A stretch of 52,080 nt of DNA from an uncultured Planctomycetaceae bacterium (GTDB lineage Bacteria > Planctomycetota > Planctomycetia > Planctomycetales > Planctomycetaceae), in contig CAXBME010000029.1 in assembly GCA_963976765.1 (NCBI GenBank), positions 62,001 through 114,080 of the forward strand, read 5' to 3'. Below the pieces are notes generated by a model that was not told where the DNA came from, made no database searches, and worked only from the letters and a program-made list of their open reading frames with translations. The position numbers were made by a program, and so were the translations under genes. Each line of letters opens with the position of its first letter. The first letter of the stretch is position 1. Below, one piece after another: positions 20,130 to 28,518 of the stretch.

Positions 20130-22610
20130 ATGGGTCGGTTGGTTAAAGCGTTTTCAAAAGATGACGCCGGTGAGGAATCGCTGTCGATCGAGGCTCAGTT
20201 TCTGAAGGAGGCCAGTGCGCTTGCCGCCCGGATCCAGCAGGAGCTTCAGGCCGAAGCCAGCGAGTCTCGACGAAAACCGGCGGATGATTCTCGCCGTGGT
20301 GAATCGAGCGATCGAGGTGTCGGAGCTGGCAATTCTTCGGCCTCGAACTCAAGTCGTCCACAGTTGGGGCGGGATGTCTACGCAGGGCTCGACGGTGAAT
20401 GGGCTCGCATGAATGACTCGCCGACGTCAGGGGAATCTGCTTTGGACGGACTTCGCCTCTTTACTGGTTCGGAAGAATCAGCATCTTCCGAAGACGAAAC
20501 ACTCGATACGAACACTGGTGCTGAGGCGATTCGTCAGGAACTGATGGACGAGTTGGCTCAGGAACAGAGACGTTGGGCGGAGCGACATGCCATGCAGGTA
20601 AGATCGATCGAGGAACAGGCTCGGCAACTGGCTCTGGTTGATGCCGAAATCGAAGTTCGTGAACAGGAGCTGGATCGTCGCGAAAGAGAGCTTGATGCCA
20701 GGGCTCGCGAACAGGCGGCCAGGACCGAGACTGAAGTACGTAGTCGGAACTCGCGCGAAGCTGAATCGATTCAGAAGGAACTGGAGCGGCTGGCAGCTGA
20801 AGTGCGAGTTCATGCCGGTCGGGCGTCTCAGTACGAAGCAGAGCTTGCCGAAGCGCGACGGGAACACGCAATCGAGCTGGACAACCTGCGAAGCCTGTTG
20901 AATCGTCACGACGATTCCAGAACCGATCGTGCCAGGTCAGTGATCGATGAATGTGATGAGCGAATGGCTGAATTGACTGCGCAGCGGGCAGCGTGGCAGG
21001 CCGAGCAATCCCGGCGGCGTGAGGAACTGGCTCGTGAGCGGCTCGAACAGCGGGATGAAGCGAGGCTGCAACGCGAAGCTCAACTGGCCGAACTGGCGTT
21101 GCTGCGGGAAGAATTCGAAAAAGAACGCGAGTCGACAATTGCTCGGCTGGACCGTGAGCGACGTGAGTGGAATGAAAAATTCACTCGCGAGCAGGACGAG
21201 TTGCTCGATCTGAAGCAGGCTGTGGACAATGAAGCAAAACGAGTGCGTGCCGATCTTGCTCGGGAAAAATCTGAATGGGGGAGTCATCAGGAACGCATGC
21301 GAATTGCGCTTCGTGAAGAGCAGGGGAGTGCTCAGGAACTGCTCAACGCGAAGATGACAGACATGGAGCGGCTGAAGCAGGAGCAGACCGCGACGTTGGA
21401 TAAACTGAGAAAGGACTTCGAATCGGAACGCTCCGCCTGGCACCGTGAACGCGGTCAGGAAGCGGCAATTCTTCAGGCCGAACGCAGCGAACTGGAAATG
21501 GAAACCGACCGGCTGCACGCTGAGCGAAGTCTGGTTGAAGCTGAACGGCAAAAACTGGCTGGCGATCTGGAGCGGCAACGTGCTGAGCATGACGAAAGCC
21601 TGCGCGAATCCTGGCGTAGCCATCAGGCGTCGATCCAGCAGGCCGAGCAGGAAGCGGCGAATCGACAGCGAGTCCTTGCCGCGAATCTCCAGCAGCAGCA
21701 GAACGAACTGGCCGCACGCATGCAGCAGGCCGAGCATGAAATTCGCACGGCAAGAGAGCTGAGTGCTCGTCAGATTGCTCAGGACAAAGAACGGTTTGCT
21801 CAGACGTGTGCAACGCACGAAGCCGAACTTCAGCGGGCTCGCGCCGAACTGAATGTTCAAAGGCAACAGTTCGAGCGGGAAAAACGAGAGTTTGCTGATG
21901 AATCATCACGGACACGGGCTCAGACAGAGAAAGAACGAAGCGTTATTCGCAACAGCCTCAGTCAGATGGATGCACAACTCCGAGCGGCGGCAACCTGTTT
22001 GCTGACGGGGTCGGATGCCGTGGGTGGGGGCTTTGAATCCTGCGACGAGAAATTTAATCAATCAGGTTCCGTGACCGATCCGGCAAGTGGAACTCAGGGC
22101 AGCCCAGTGCAGGCCTCGGACGGTGACATGTCTGAGACACAGGATGTTGCTGAACTCCCGGTTGTTGAATCGGAGAATCTGGAAGAAACTCCGGTTGAGG
22201 CTTGGGAGCCGGGTAAGGAAGCAACGTTGGCTGAGACTACGTCGAGTGACCTGGTTCGTCGTTTTGACGGTCCGTCAGAAACAGGTGGTGTCGCAGGTTT
22301 GGCTCGCCCACCGCGCATCGCGAGTCGCGGCGTTCTTGTTCAGGCAGTGTCCGACGCGATGGCGGCGGAAATCGTTTACGAAGAGAGTGATGAACAATCT
22401 GACTGTCCTGCGGAATGGGCTGGCATCGTAGCGACCCGAACAGAAGACGCGACGACCGCAGCGAGCGACAGCGAACAGCAGGATGGTCGTCGACAGGCAC
22501 TGGAAAGTTACCGCTCGAAGCTCAGCATGCTGCAGGCTCAGTTGAGGCAGTTGTCGACGCCCGCAGCGAATGAGACCGGCAGTGATCTATCGGATAACGC
22601 GAATGATTAG
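20130..22610 (+). CDS. Long E/R/Q-rich coiled-coil protein with disordered termini, function unknown
   Basis: About 500 aa of continuous charged helix with no Walker motifs, TM or signal; start is ATG 20130 or GTG 20085. Confidence 0.75.
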   Translation: MGRLVKAFSKDDAGEESLSIEAQFLKEASALAARIQQELQAEASESRRKPADDSRRGESSDRGVGAGNSSASNSSRPQLGRDVYAGLDGEWARMNDSPTSGESALDGLRLFTGSEESASSEDETLDTNTGAEAIRQELMDELAQEQRRWAERHAMQVRSIEEQARQLALVDAEIEVREQELDRRERELDARAREQAARTETEVRSRNSREAESIQKELERLAAEVRVHAGRASQYEAELAEARREHAIELDNLRSLLNRHDDSRTDRARSVIDECDERMAELTAQRAAWQAEQSRRREELARERLEQRDEARLQREAQLAELALLREEFEKERESTIARLDRERREWNEKFTREQDELLDLKQAVDNEAKRVRADLAREKSEWGSHQERMRIALREEQGSAQELLNAKMTDMERLKQEQTATLDKLRKDFESERSAWHRERGQEAAILQAERSELEMETDRLHAERSLVEAERQKLAGDLERQRAEHDESLRESWRSHQASIQQAEQEAANRQRVLAANLQQQQNELAARMQQAEHEIRTARELSARQIAQDKERFAQTCATHEAELQRARAELNVQRQQFEREKREFADESSRTRAQTEKERSVIRNSLSQMDAQLRAAATCLLTGSDAVGGGFESCDEKFNQSGSVTDPASGTQGSPVQASDGDMSETQDVAELPVVESENLEETPVEAWEPGKEATLAETTSSDLVRRFDGPSETGGVAGLARPPRIASRGVLVQAVSDAMAAEIVYEESDEQSDCPAEWAGIVATRTEDATTAASDSEQQDGRRQALESYRSKLSMLQAQLRQLSTPAANETGSDLSDNAND

Positions 22611-22736
22611 TTGGCGAATTGCGGGATGCGGTTTGGCGTGTTACCGCATCGCGTAATGTGATGGTTCGGCAGGCTGCTCGCTGCATCTCTGTTCGGACAT
22701 ACAGAAATTCATTGGACGGAATCGGGCGGCGTTGAC

Positions 22737-24824
22737 ATGCATCAAATTCGAAACCTTACTTTGTTCACCGTTGTGTGGGGGCTTTTTCTGTCGACGTTGA
22801 CTGGATCGGTCCCGATCGACGCCGCAGTACAGGATGTCGCCGTGCAGGAGGCTGGAAGCCAGCCGGCCTTGTTGAACAACGCTGCAGTTGTTGATCAGCC
22901 GGGGTCTGTGAGTGATGGTGAACGGTCGTTGGCTGTCGACAATTCTGCATCGTTTCCGGGATTTGGATTGAACGTTCCGACGTGGGTTCTCTGGCCGCTC
23001 GGCCTGATTGAACTCTGGCTGGTTGGTTGGATCGGTGTCTGGGCGGTCGCTCTTTGTGGGGCGCGTCGGTTTCTGTTTGATGTTGATTGCTCGCTGCGAA
23101 AAATCACTTTCGGTCGAGTGCCTTTTTCGAATGGTACGCCGCTGACGCTGGCTCATCTGACATTGGTCAGGGCGTTTGCTCAGCACTCGTGGGTTACTGA
23201 CGAGTGGCTGCATCAGCATTCGCAGGCAATTACGGACTGGCTTGCAATCGACAGCCGAGAGATCGAACCCGGCGACCGGGACATCCTGGTGAGAATCGAG
23301 GGGCAGGCTATTGCGATTGCCGACGCGCCAACGGTTCGCGCAATTCTTCCCGAGTCGCCGTTTGTCCTGGCAGTTCATGGCGAAGGGCGAAAATGGAACG
23401 ATCGTGTATTGAGTATTGTCCTTGGTCAGTCGATGCACGCAGAGCCGGCAGGGCGGTTGATGTCACACCGGACAATTCCCGTGGTGCTCGATCGGAATTG
23501 TGTTGAGCGGTTTCAGACGAAGGGCAGAGCGACGGGCGATCTGCCTCACTGGTTGCAGGTTGTGAGGAATGAACTTTGTCGAATTCCCGGACTGGCCGTG
23601 AGTCTCGACGATGACCTGCTGAAGTGTCTGGTCAAGTCGAAACGGATCATGCCCATTGTCGATCAGTGGAGCCGAACTCCGGTCGGCTTGCGAACCGCTC
23701 TTCAGACCGCCGTCAGTGCTGGCGAACTGCCATGTCTGGTCGTGTTTGACGATGATGACAGCGTCGCCGAAATGAAAAGTGTCATTCGTGCCCGCTCGTT
23801 GAATTCTCGCGAATTTGCGACACGCTCAACGGCGGTCACATCGAGAATTGAGGCTCGAAAAAAGACGGCAACAAACGAAGCGTTAACAGTCAGTTCTTCC
23901 GTCAAGCCTCGATTCTTCGACAGGACGGCCGTGCCACTCCTGGTTCGAAGTCTGGACGACTCGGTCGCCGATGTTCGGCTCGCGGCTGCTCAGACGCTGG
24001 GCGGATTGGGAGCAGCAGCCCGTGAATCAGTGAATGATCTGACCGCCTTGTTGAACGATCCTGTGACGGTGTGCCGGTTGGCAGCCGTCAACGCTCTTGG
24101 CGCGATCGGTCCTGAGGCGGCCTCAGCAACGGTTGCGCTGATGAAGGCGGCAGTTAATGATCATCGGAAAGTGCGAGCGGCGGCGTGCCGCGCTTTGGGA
24201 GCGATCGGACGTGCCGACGGTAGCGTGCTGAAAACACTCGTTGACGCACTGCGCGACAACGATGCGGCAGTGAGATCCCAGGCGGCTCGGTCTCTCGGGG
24301 GATTCGGTTCCGGGCAGGCAGAAGTTCTTTCTGCACTGACTGCGGCGTTGTCGGATAATTCGCCGGAGGTGAGAGGGCGAGTTGTCAGTGCCATTTCTGC
24401 AATCCCGAAAGCCGTCGACCTGTCGATCGGCAGCCTTGTGGCGGCGGTTGCGGATCCTGCGGCGGAAGTTCGCCGTGAAGTTGTGTCGGCGTTGGGAAAA
24501 ACGAGCCAGTCGCGACATGCAATCGTGCAGACGCTGGCTCATTCGCTGGCTGATCCGGATTCTTTGACGCGGTCTCGTGCGACAGTTTCGTTGTCGAGAT
24601 TCGGGCTGGCGTCGCGGCAAGCAATTCCACAACTCGCTCGACTGGTCAGTGACTCAGAGGCGGAGGTCCGTCGGTCGGCGGTCGAAGCGCTTGGTTTAAT
24701 CGGTGTGCCGAGTCTGGAATCCGTATCGGCTCTGGAAGAAGCGACGCGCGACGTCGACGAGAGTGTTCGGACAGCCGCGACAAACGCTCTGGAGCGGACG
24801 ATGCCTGCGGAGGCTGCGGCGTAG
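22737..24824 (+). CDS. Membrane-anchored HEAT (PBS-lyase-type) repeat protein with a degenerate NACHT-like middle domain
   Basis: Signal peptide plus TM; about nine 31-aa repeats L..AL.D....VR..A..ALG in the C-terminal third. Confidence 0.8.
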   Translation: MHQIRNLTLFTVVWGLFLSTLTGSVPIDAAVQDVAVQEAGSQPALLNNAAVVDQPGSVSDGERSLAVDNSASFPGFGLNVPTWVLWPLGLIELWLVGWIGVWAVALCGARRFLFDVDCSLRKITFGRVPFSNGTPLTLAHLTLVRAFAQHSWVTDEWLHQHSQAITDWLAIDSREIEPGDRDILVRIEGQAIAIADAPTVRAILPESPFVLAVHGEGRKWNDRVLSIVLGQSMHAEPAGRLMSHRTIPVVLDRNCVERFQTKGRATGDLPHWLQVVRNELCRIPGLAVSLDDDLLKCLVKSKRIMPIVDQWSRTPVGLRTALQTAVSAGELPCLVVFDDDDSVAEMKSVIRARSLNSREFATRSTAVTSRIEARKKTATNEALTVSSSVKPRFFDRTAVPLLVRSLDDSVADVRLAAAQTLGGLGAAARESVNDLTALLNDPVTVCRLAAVNALGAIGPEAASATVALMKAAVNDHRKVRAAACRALGAIGRADGSVLKTLVDALRDNDAAVRSQAARSLGGFGSGQAEVLSALTAALSDNSPEVRGRVVSAISAIPKAVDLSIGSLVAAVADPAAEVRREVVSALGKTSQSRHAIVQTLAHSLADPDSLTRSRATVSLSRFGLASRQAIPQLARLVSDSEAEVRRSAVEALGLIGVPSLESVSALEEATRDVDESVRTAATNALERTMPAEAAA

Positions 24825-24941
24825 CCAGGGAATGTCGGACGGGCTGATCGTTCGAAGATGCATCTCACGTTGGGAGCTGGTTTGCGATTACTATCCGCTC
24901 GACATGCTGTTTCTGGCCTCTAACACCTTCCGTAGCCATTC

Positions 24942-25769
24942 ATGCCAACGTACCGGGTTGAACTTGATATTTTCAAAGGGCCTTTGGACCTGCTTCTGTA
25001 TCTGGTCCGAAGGGACGAACTCGATCCGCTCAACCTCCCTCTGGCCCGCATCGTTCATGAGTTCGAAAAGTTCATCGACCTGCTCGAATTTCTGGACCTG
25101 GAGATGATCGGCGATTTCGTCGTGATGGCGAGCACTCTGGTCGAGATCAAGAGTCGAATGGCGCTTCCGGTTCCGGAGGAAGACGAAGTACCTGACGGTG
25201 AGATCGTTGACGACGACCCGAGCAGCGATCTGATCAAACGGCTCCTGGAGTATCGAAAATACAAACAGGCAGCGGCTGCCCTGGAAGAGCACGCGGCCGA
25301 GTGGCAGGAACGCTACCCGCGTCTTTCGAGTGACCGGCCACGAGTCGGGAACGAACCAGCGGCCGACCTGATCAAAGAAGTCGAGCTGTGGGATCTTGTC
25401 AGCGCTTTGGCTCGCGTGCTCGAGAAAAAAATTCTTGAGCAGGAAGCGAAGATTCGCGACGACGACACGCCGATTCACGTTTATGTCGAACAGGTGGGAA
25501 CGCTTGTCCGCGAGAAAGAACGCGTCGCCTTCACATCGCTGTTTGACGATGCCAATCGTAAGAGTCAAATCGTCGGCATTTTTCTGGCTATTCTGGAGTT
25601 GCTGCGGCATCACAGCTTTCGTGCTGAGCAGACGGAGGATTTCGGAGAAATCTGGGTCATGCCTCCATTGTCGGACGCTTCGCGGGACGAAGGACGTCTG
25701 GCAGAACAACCCGCCACCGCCGGTGACGCAATTGTCGAAGAAGATTCCGAGGCAGAATCAGACCAGTAG
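24942..25769 (+). CDS. scpA: Segregation and condensation protein A (kleisin)
   Basis: F.GPLDLLLYL.RR.ELD, F.VMASTL.EIKSRM.LP, RLLEY.KYK.AA, C-terminal IV.IFLAILEL...Q...FGEI. Confidence 0.95.
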   Translation: MPTYRVELDIFKGPLDLLLYLVRRDELDPLNLPLARIVHEFEKFIDLLEFLDLEMIGDFVVMASTLVEIKSRMALPVPEEDEVPDGEIVDDDPSSDLIKRLLEYRKYKQAAAALEEHAAEWQERYPRLSSDRPRVGNEPAADLIKEVELWDLVSALARVLEKKILEQEAKIRDDDTPIHVYVEQVGTLVREKERVAFTSLFDDANRKSQIVGIFLAILELLRHHSFRAEQTEDFGEIWVMPPLSDASRDEGRLAEQPATAGDAIVEEDSEAESDQ

Positions 25770-25896
25770 GTCAGGCTCCGGCTGAAAGAATTCGAACCGC
25801 TCTCTGCAGGTATTGCCCCCGGAAACTTCGTCAGGCAGAGCCCGGGTTGCAGGGGCTTGCCAGCGAAACTCACTTTCCGATCCGACCGACGCTCAC

Positions 25897-25924
25897 TTGA
25901 ACGGTGAATGGTACTCCTTACAGT
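25897..25924 (+). promoter_or_regulatory. Candidate sigma70-like promoter for purEK
   Basis: TTGAAC-16 nt-TACAGT about 40 nt upstream of purE; pattern match only. Confidence 0.3.
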
Positions 25925-25963
25925 CTGCGGTCATGGTTCCAGCACTTTGGCGTGGGTTGAGAA

Positions 25964-26464
25964 ATGACCGAATCAACGACTGAAGCTCCCCGCGTGGGAG
26001 TCATCATGGGGAGCCGTTCGGATTGGGAAACCATGAAGAATGCGGCTGACATATTGGAACAGTTTGGGGTTCCACATGAGTGCCGCGTAGTGTCTGCACA
26101 TCGGACGCCGCAATGGATGGCCGAATATGCAGAGTCGGCTGTTGAACGCGGCCTGAAAGTCATCATTGCAGGGGCTGGCGGGGCTGCTCATTTACCGGGA
26201 ATGGTTGCTTCGCAGACGGTGCTACCTGTTTTAGGTGTGCCGGTGCAAAGTAAAGCCCTTCAGGGGCTGGATTCTTTGCTGTCGATCGTGCAGATGCCGG
26301 GTGGGATCCCAGTAGCCACACTGGCCATTGGTACGGCCGGAGCAAAGAACGCAGGATTGCTGGCGGTCAGGATTCTGGCGACTTCCAATGATGACTTGCG
26401 TGCGGCGCTCGAAAAATTCAATCAGGATCAGACCGAAACAATTCTTGCTGACTCATACCTATGA
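25964..26464 (+). CDS. purE: N5-carboxyaminoimidazole ribonucleotide mutase
   Basis: [41 protein letters not shown]. Confidence 0.98.
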   Translation: MTESTTEAPRVGVIMGSRSDWETMKNAADILEQFGVPHECRVVSAHRTPQWMAEYAESAVERGLKVIIAGAGGAAHLPGMVASQTVLPVLGVPVQSKALQGLDSLLSIVQMPGGIPVATLAIGTAGAKNAGLLAVRILATSNDDLRAALEKFNQDQTETILADSYL

Positions 26465-27597
26465 CGAATCCAATTCTTCCAGGAGCCACTCTGGGTGTGC
26501 TCGGTAGCGGTCAACTTGGGCGGATGTTTGCGATTGCTGCCCGGCGGCTTGGTTATCGTGTCCATGTTTACTCGCCCGATGTGGATACACCCGCCGGACA
26601 GGTTGCCGATCGTGAATTCTCAGCTGCCTATGATGATCTCGATCAGCTTGCCGAGTTTGCTCGAAGTGTCGATGTTGTTACGTTTGAGTTCGAAAATGTC
26701 CCCGCAGCGGTGACCGACTGTATTCAACAGCATTGTCCTGTTCACCCATCAGGATATGTACTGGCGGTTGCACAGAACCGTATCCGTGAGAAGTCGACAC
26801 TTCGAGAGGCAGGTCTGGGTGTTCCTGAGTTTCGAGAAATCACTTCAGCAGAAGAATTGCGAGTCGCGGTTTCCGAGTTGGGGACTCCGTCCGTCGTTAA
26901 GAGCGCTACCGATGGTTACGACGGTAAAGGTCAGGCCGTTGTCCACGACGTGAAGCAGGTCGACGAAATATGGATGGAACTGGCGACTGAGCAAGCCATC
27001 CTGGAGCAGTTCGTTGATTTCGAATGTGAGCTTTCTGTGGTTGGTGCAAGAAACGCTCTTGGCCAGTTTGTCCATTACGGGCCGTTTCGAAATTCACACA
27101 CAAATCACATTCTGGATGTAACAGTGTGTCCATCTGGATTGCCTGATGATGTAAACGCGCGTGCTGTTGGTGTGGCCCGTCAAGTGTTTGAATGCCTGGA
27201 TGTTGTTGGCGTTCTGTGTGTGGAATTGTTTGTGACAAAGGATGGTCAGATTCTCATCAACGAGATTGCACCTCGACCGCACAACTCGGGACATCTGACA
27301 ATTGACGCCCACCGGACGTGCCAGTTCGAACAACAGGTTCGGGCAATCTGTGGATTGCCACTCGGCAATGCCGACCAGCATTCTGATGCGGCGATGGCCA
27401 ACCTTCTCGGTGATTTGTGGAGCGACACCGAACCGGATTGGGAAGCATTGCTGGCTTGTGATGTGAAACTGCATCTTTATGGAAAAGCTGAAGCTCGCGC
27501 GGGCCGGAAAATGGGCCACGTAACGGCGCTTGGTGAGTCCGTAGATGATGCTGACAGAAATGTACGCGAAGCACGCAACAACTTGCTGAACAAATAG
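26461..27597 (+). CDS. purK: N5-CAIR synthase (ATP-grasp)
   Basis: [52 protein letters not shown] overlap with purE. Confidence 0.97.
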   Translation: MTNPILPGATLGVLGSGQLGRMFAIAARRLGYRVHVYSPDVDTPAGQVADREFSAAYDDLDQLAEFARSVDVVTFEFENVPAAVTDCIQQHCPVHPSGYVLAVAQNRIREKSTLREAGLGVPEFREITSAEELRVAVSELGTPSVVKSATDGYDGKGQAVVHDVKQVDEIWMELATEQAILEQFVDFECELSVVGARNALGQFVHYGPFRNSHTNHILDVTVCPSGLPDDVNARAVGVARQVFECLDVVGVLCVELFVTKDGQILINEIAPRPHNSGHLTIDAHRTCQFEQQVRAICGLPLGNADQHSDAAMANLLGDLWSDTEPDWEALLACDVKLHLYGKAEARAGRKMGHVTALGESVDDADRNVREARNNLLNK

Positions 27598-27818
27598 CGT
27601 GAGTGTTACCCCGCACGTTCGCATTTTGTGTCGATCAAGTGCCAGATAAGTATTTTCAACGCTGAAAATACCTCCAGGCCATGTCAAATCGTTTGTAATT
27701 GACGTGCCTCTTCGCTAAGTATGCCGCGATTGTTTGGGCCTTCCCAAAATTAATCTCTGCAAATTGACTTTGTGTGAACAGAGCGGCTGAGATTTCGATT
27801 CTTACGGAGTTTGAAGTA

Positions 27819-28406
27819 ATGGCAAAAAAAGGTGTGAAGCGCGATGGGAGCAAGAGCCAGGCAATTCAGAATTACCTGAATGCAAATCCAGGAGCGAATT
27901 CAAAGGATGTGAAAGACGCACTGGCAAAAGACGGATTGAGCGTTTCCGAAGGTCTTGTGAACAAGGTTAAGTATTCAAAGCCGGCTGGAACGAAAACGGG
28001 AGCTGGCAAGGCAACGTCGTCTAAGAAGTCTGCTCCAAAGCGAAAGGCGACTCGGCGAGGTCGACCGGCAGCTGGCGGCGTCAACATGAGCGACGCCATT
28101 CGCGATTTCATCACGGCGAATCCGTCGGCCACGCGACCGGAGATTCGAGACACCTTGCAGGCTCAGGGAGTTCCTGTCTCCAATTCTCTGGTCAACGCTG
28201 TGTTCATGAGAGTTAAAAAGGGCGGTGGCAAGTCTGCCAAACGTGGACCGGGACGCCCGAAAGCCGCAGTTCGAGCAGCGGCACCGGCATCGTCTGGCGG
28301 CAACATGTCGGCGGTTGAACTGATCAATGCCAAGCAACTGGTCGATCAGCTTGGCGGAATCGATAAGGTGCGCGATGCTCTCGCACTGCTGGAACAGCTC
28401 CAGTAA
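27819..28406 (+). CDS. Basic, Lys/Arg-rich putative DNA-binding protein with two HTH-like modules
   Basis: Internal repeat SKSQAIQNYLNANP..KDVKDAL..GLSVS..LVN / NMSDAIRDFITANP..PEIRDTL..GVPVS..LVN; RRGRP and GRPK motifs; GGAG RBS before ATG 27819. Confidence 0.75.
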   Translation: MAKKGVKRDGSKSQAIQNYLNANPGANSKDVKDALAKDGLSVSEGLVNKVKYSKPAGTKTGAGKATSSKKSAPKRKATRRGRPAAGGVNMSDAIRDFITANPSATRPEIRDTLQAQGVPVSNSLVNAVFMRVKKGGGKSAKRGPGRPKAAVRAAAPASSGGNMSAVELINAKQLVDQLGGIDKVRDALALLEQLQ

Positions 28407-28435
28407 GACAAAGCTGGAACTCAGAGAGAATTCAG

Positions 28436-28475
28436 ACAGGGTTGACGGAAATATCCGCCAGCCCTGTTTTGTTTT
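28436..28475 (+). terminator. Rho-independent terminator
   Basis: acagggttgacgga-aata-tccgccagccctgt (with G:U pairs and one mismatch) followed by tttgtttt, 30 nt after the stop. Confidence 0.75.
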
Positions 28476-28518
28476 CGGAGTTCGCCGAGGAGTGAAGGGA
28501 CAGTTGGACGAGGTCGAG

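Noticed and set aside
20130..22610. SMC protein (because it is near scpA)
   Set aside because: No Walker A/B, LSGG signature or hinge domain
24891..25709. 272-aa minus-strand ORF (and similar long antisense ORFs at 22641-23438, 38671-39537 and 20937-21866)
   Set aside because: Shadows of scpA, the HEAT gene, purF and the coiled-coil gene
25770..25963. Possible ZTP/PRPP/purine riboswitch upstream of purE (also checked upstream of purF)
   Set aside because: No recognisable conserved core motifs by eye; an Infernal scan would be decisive
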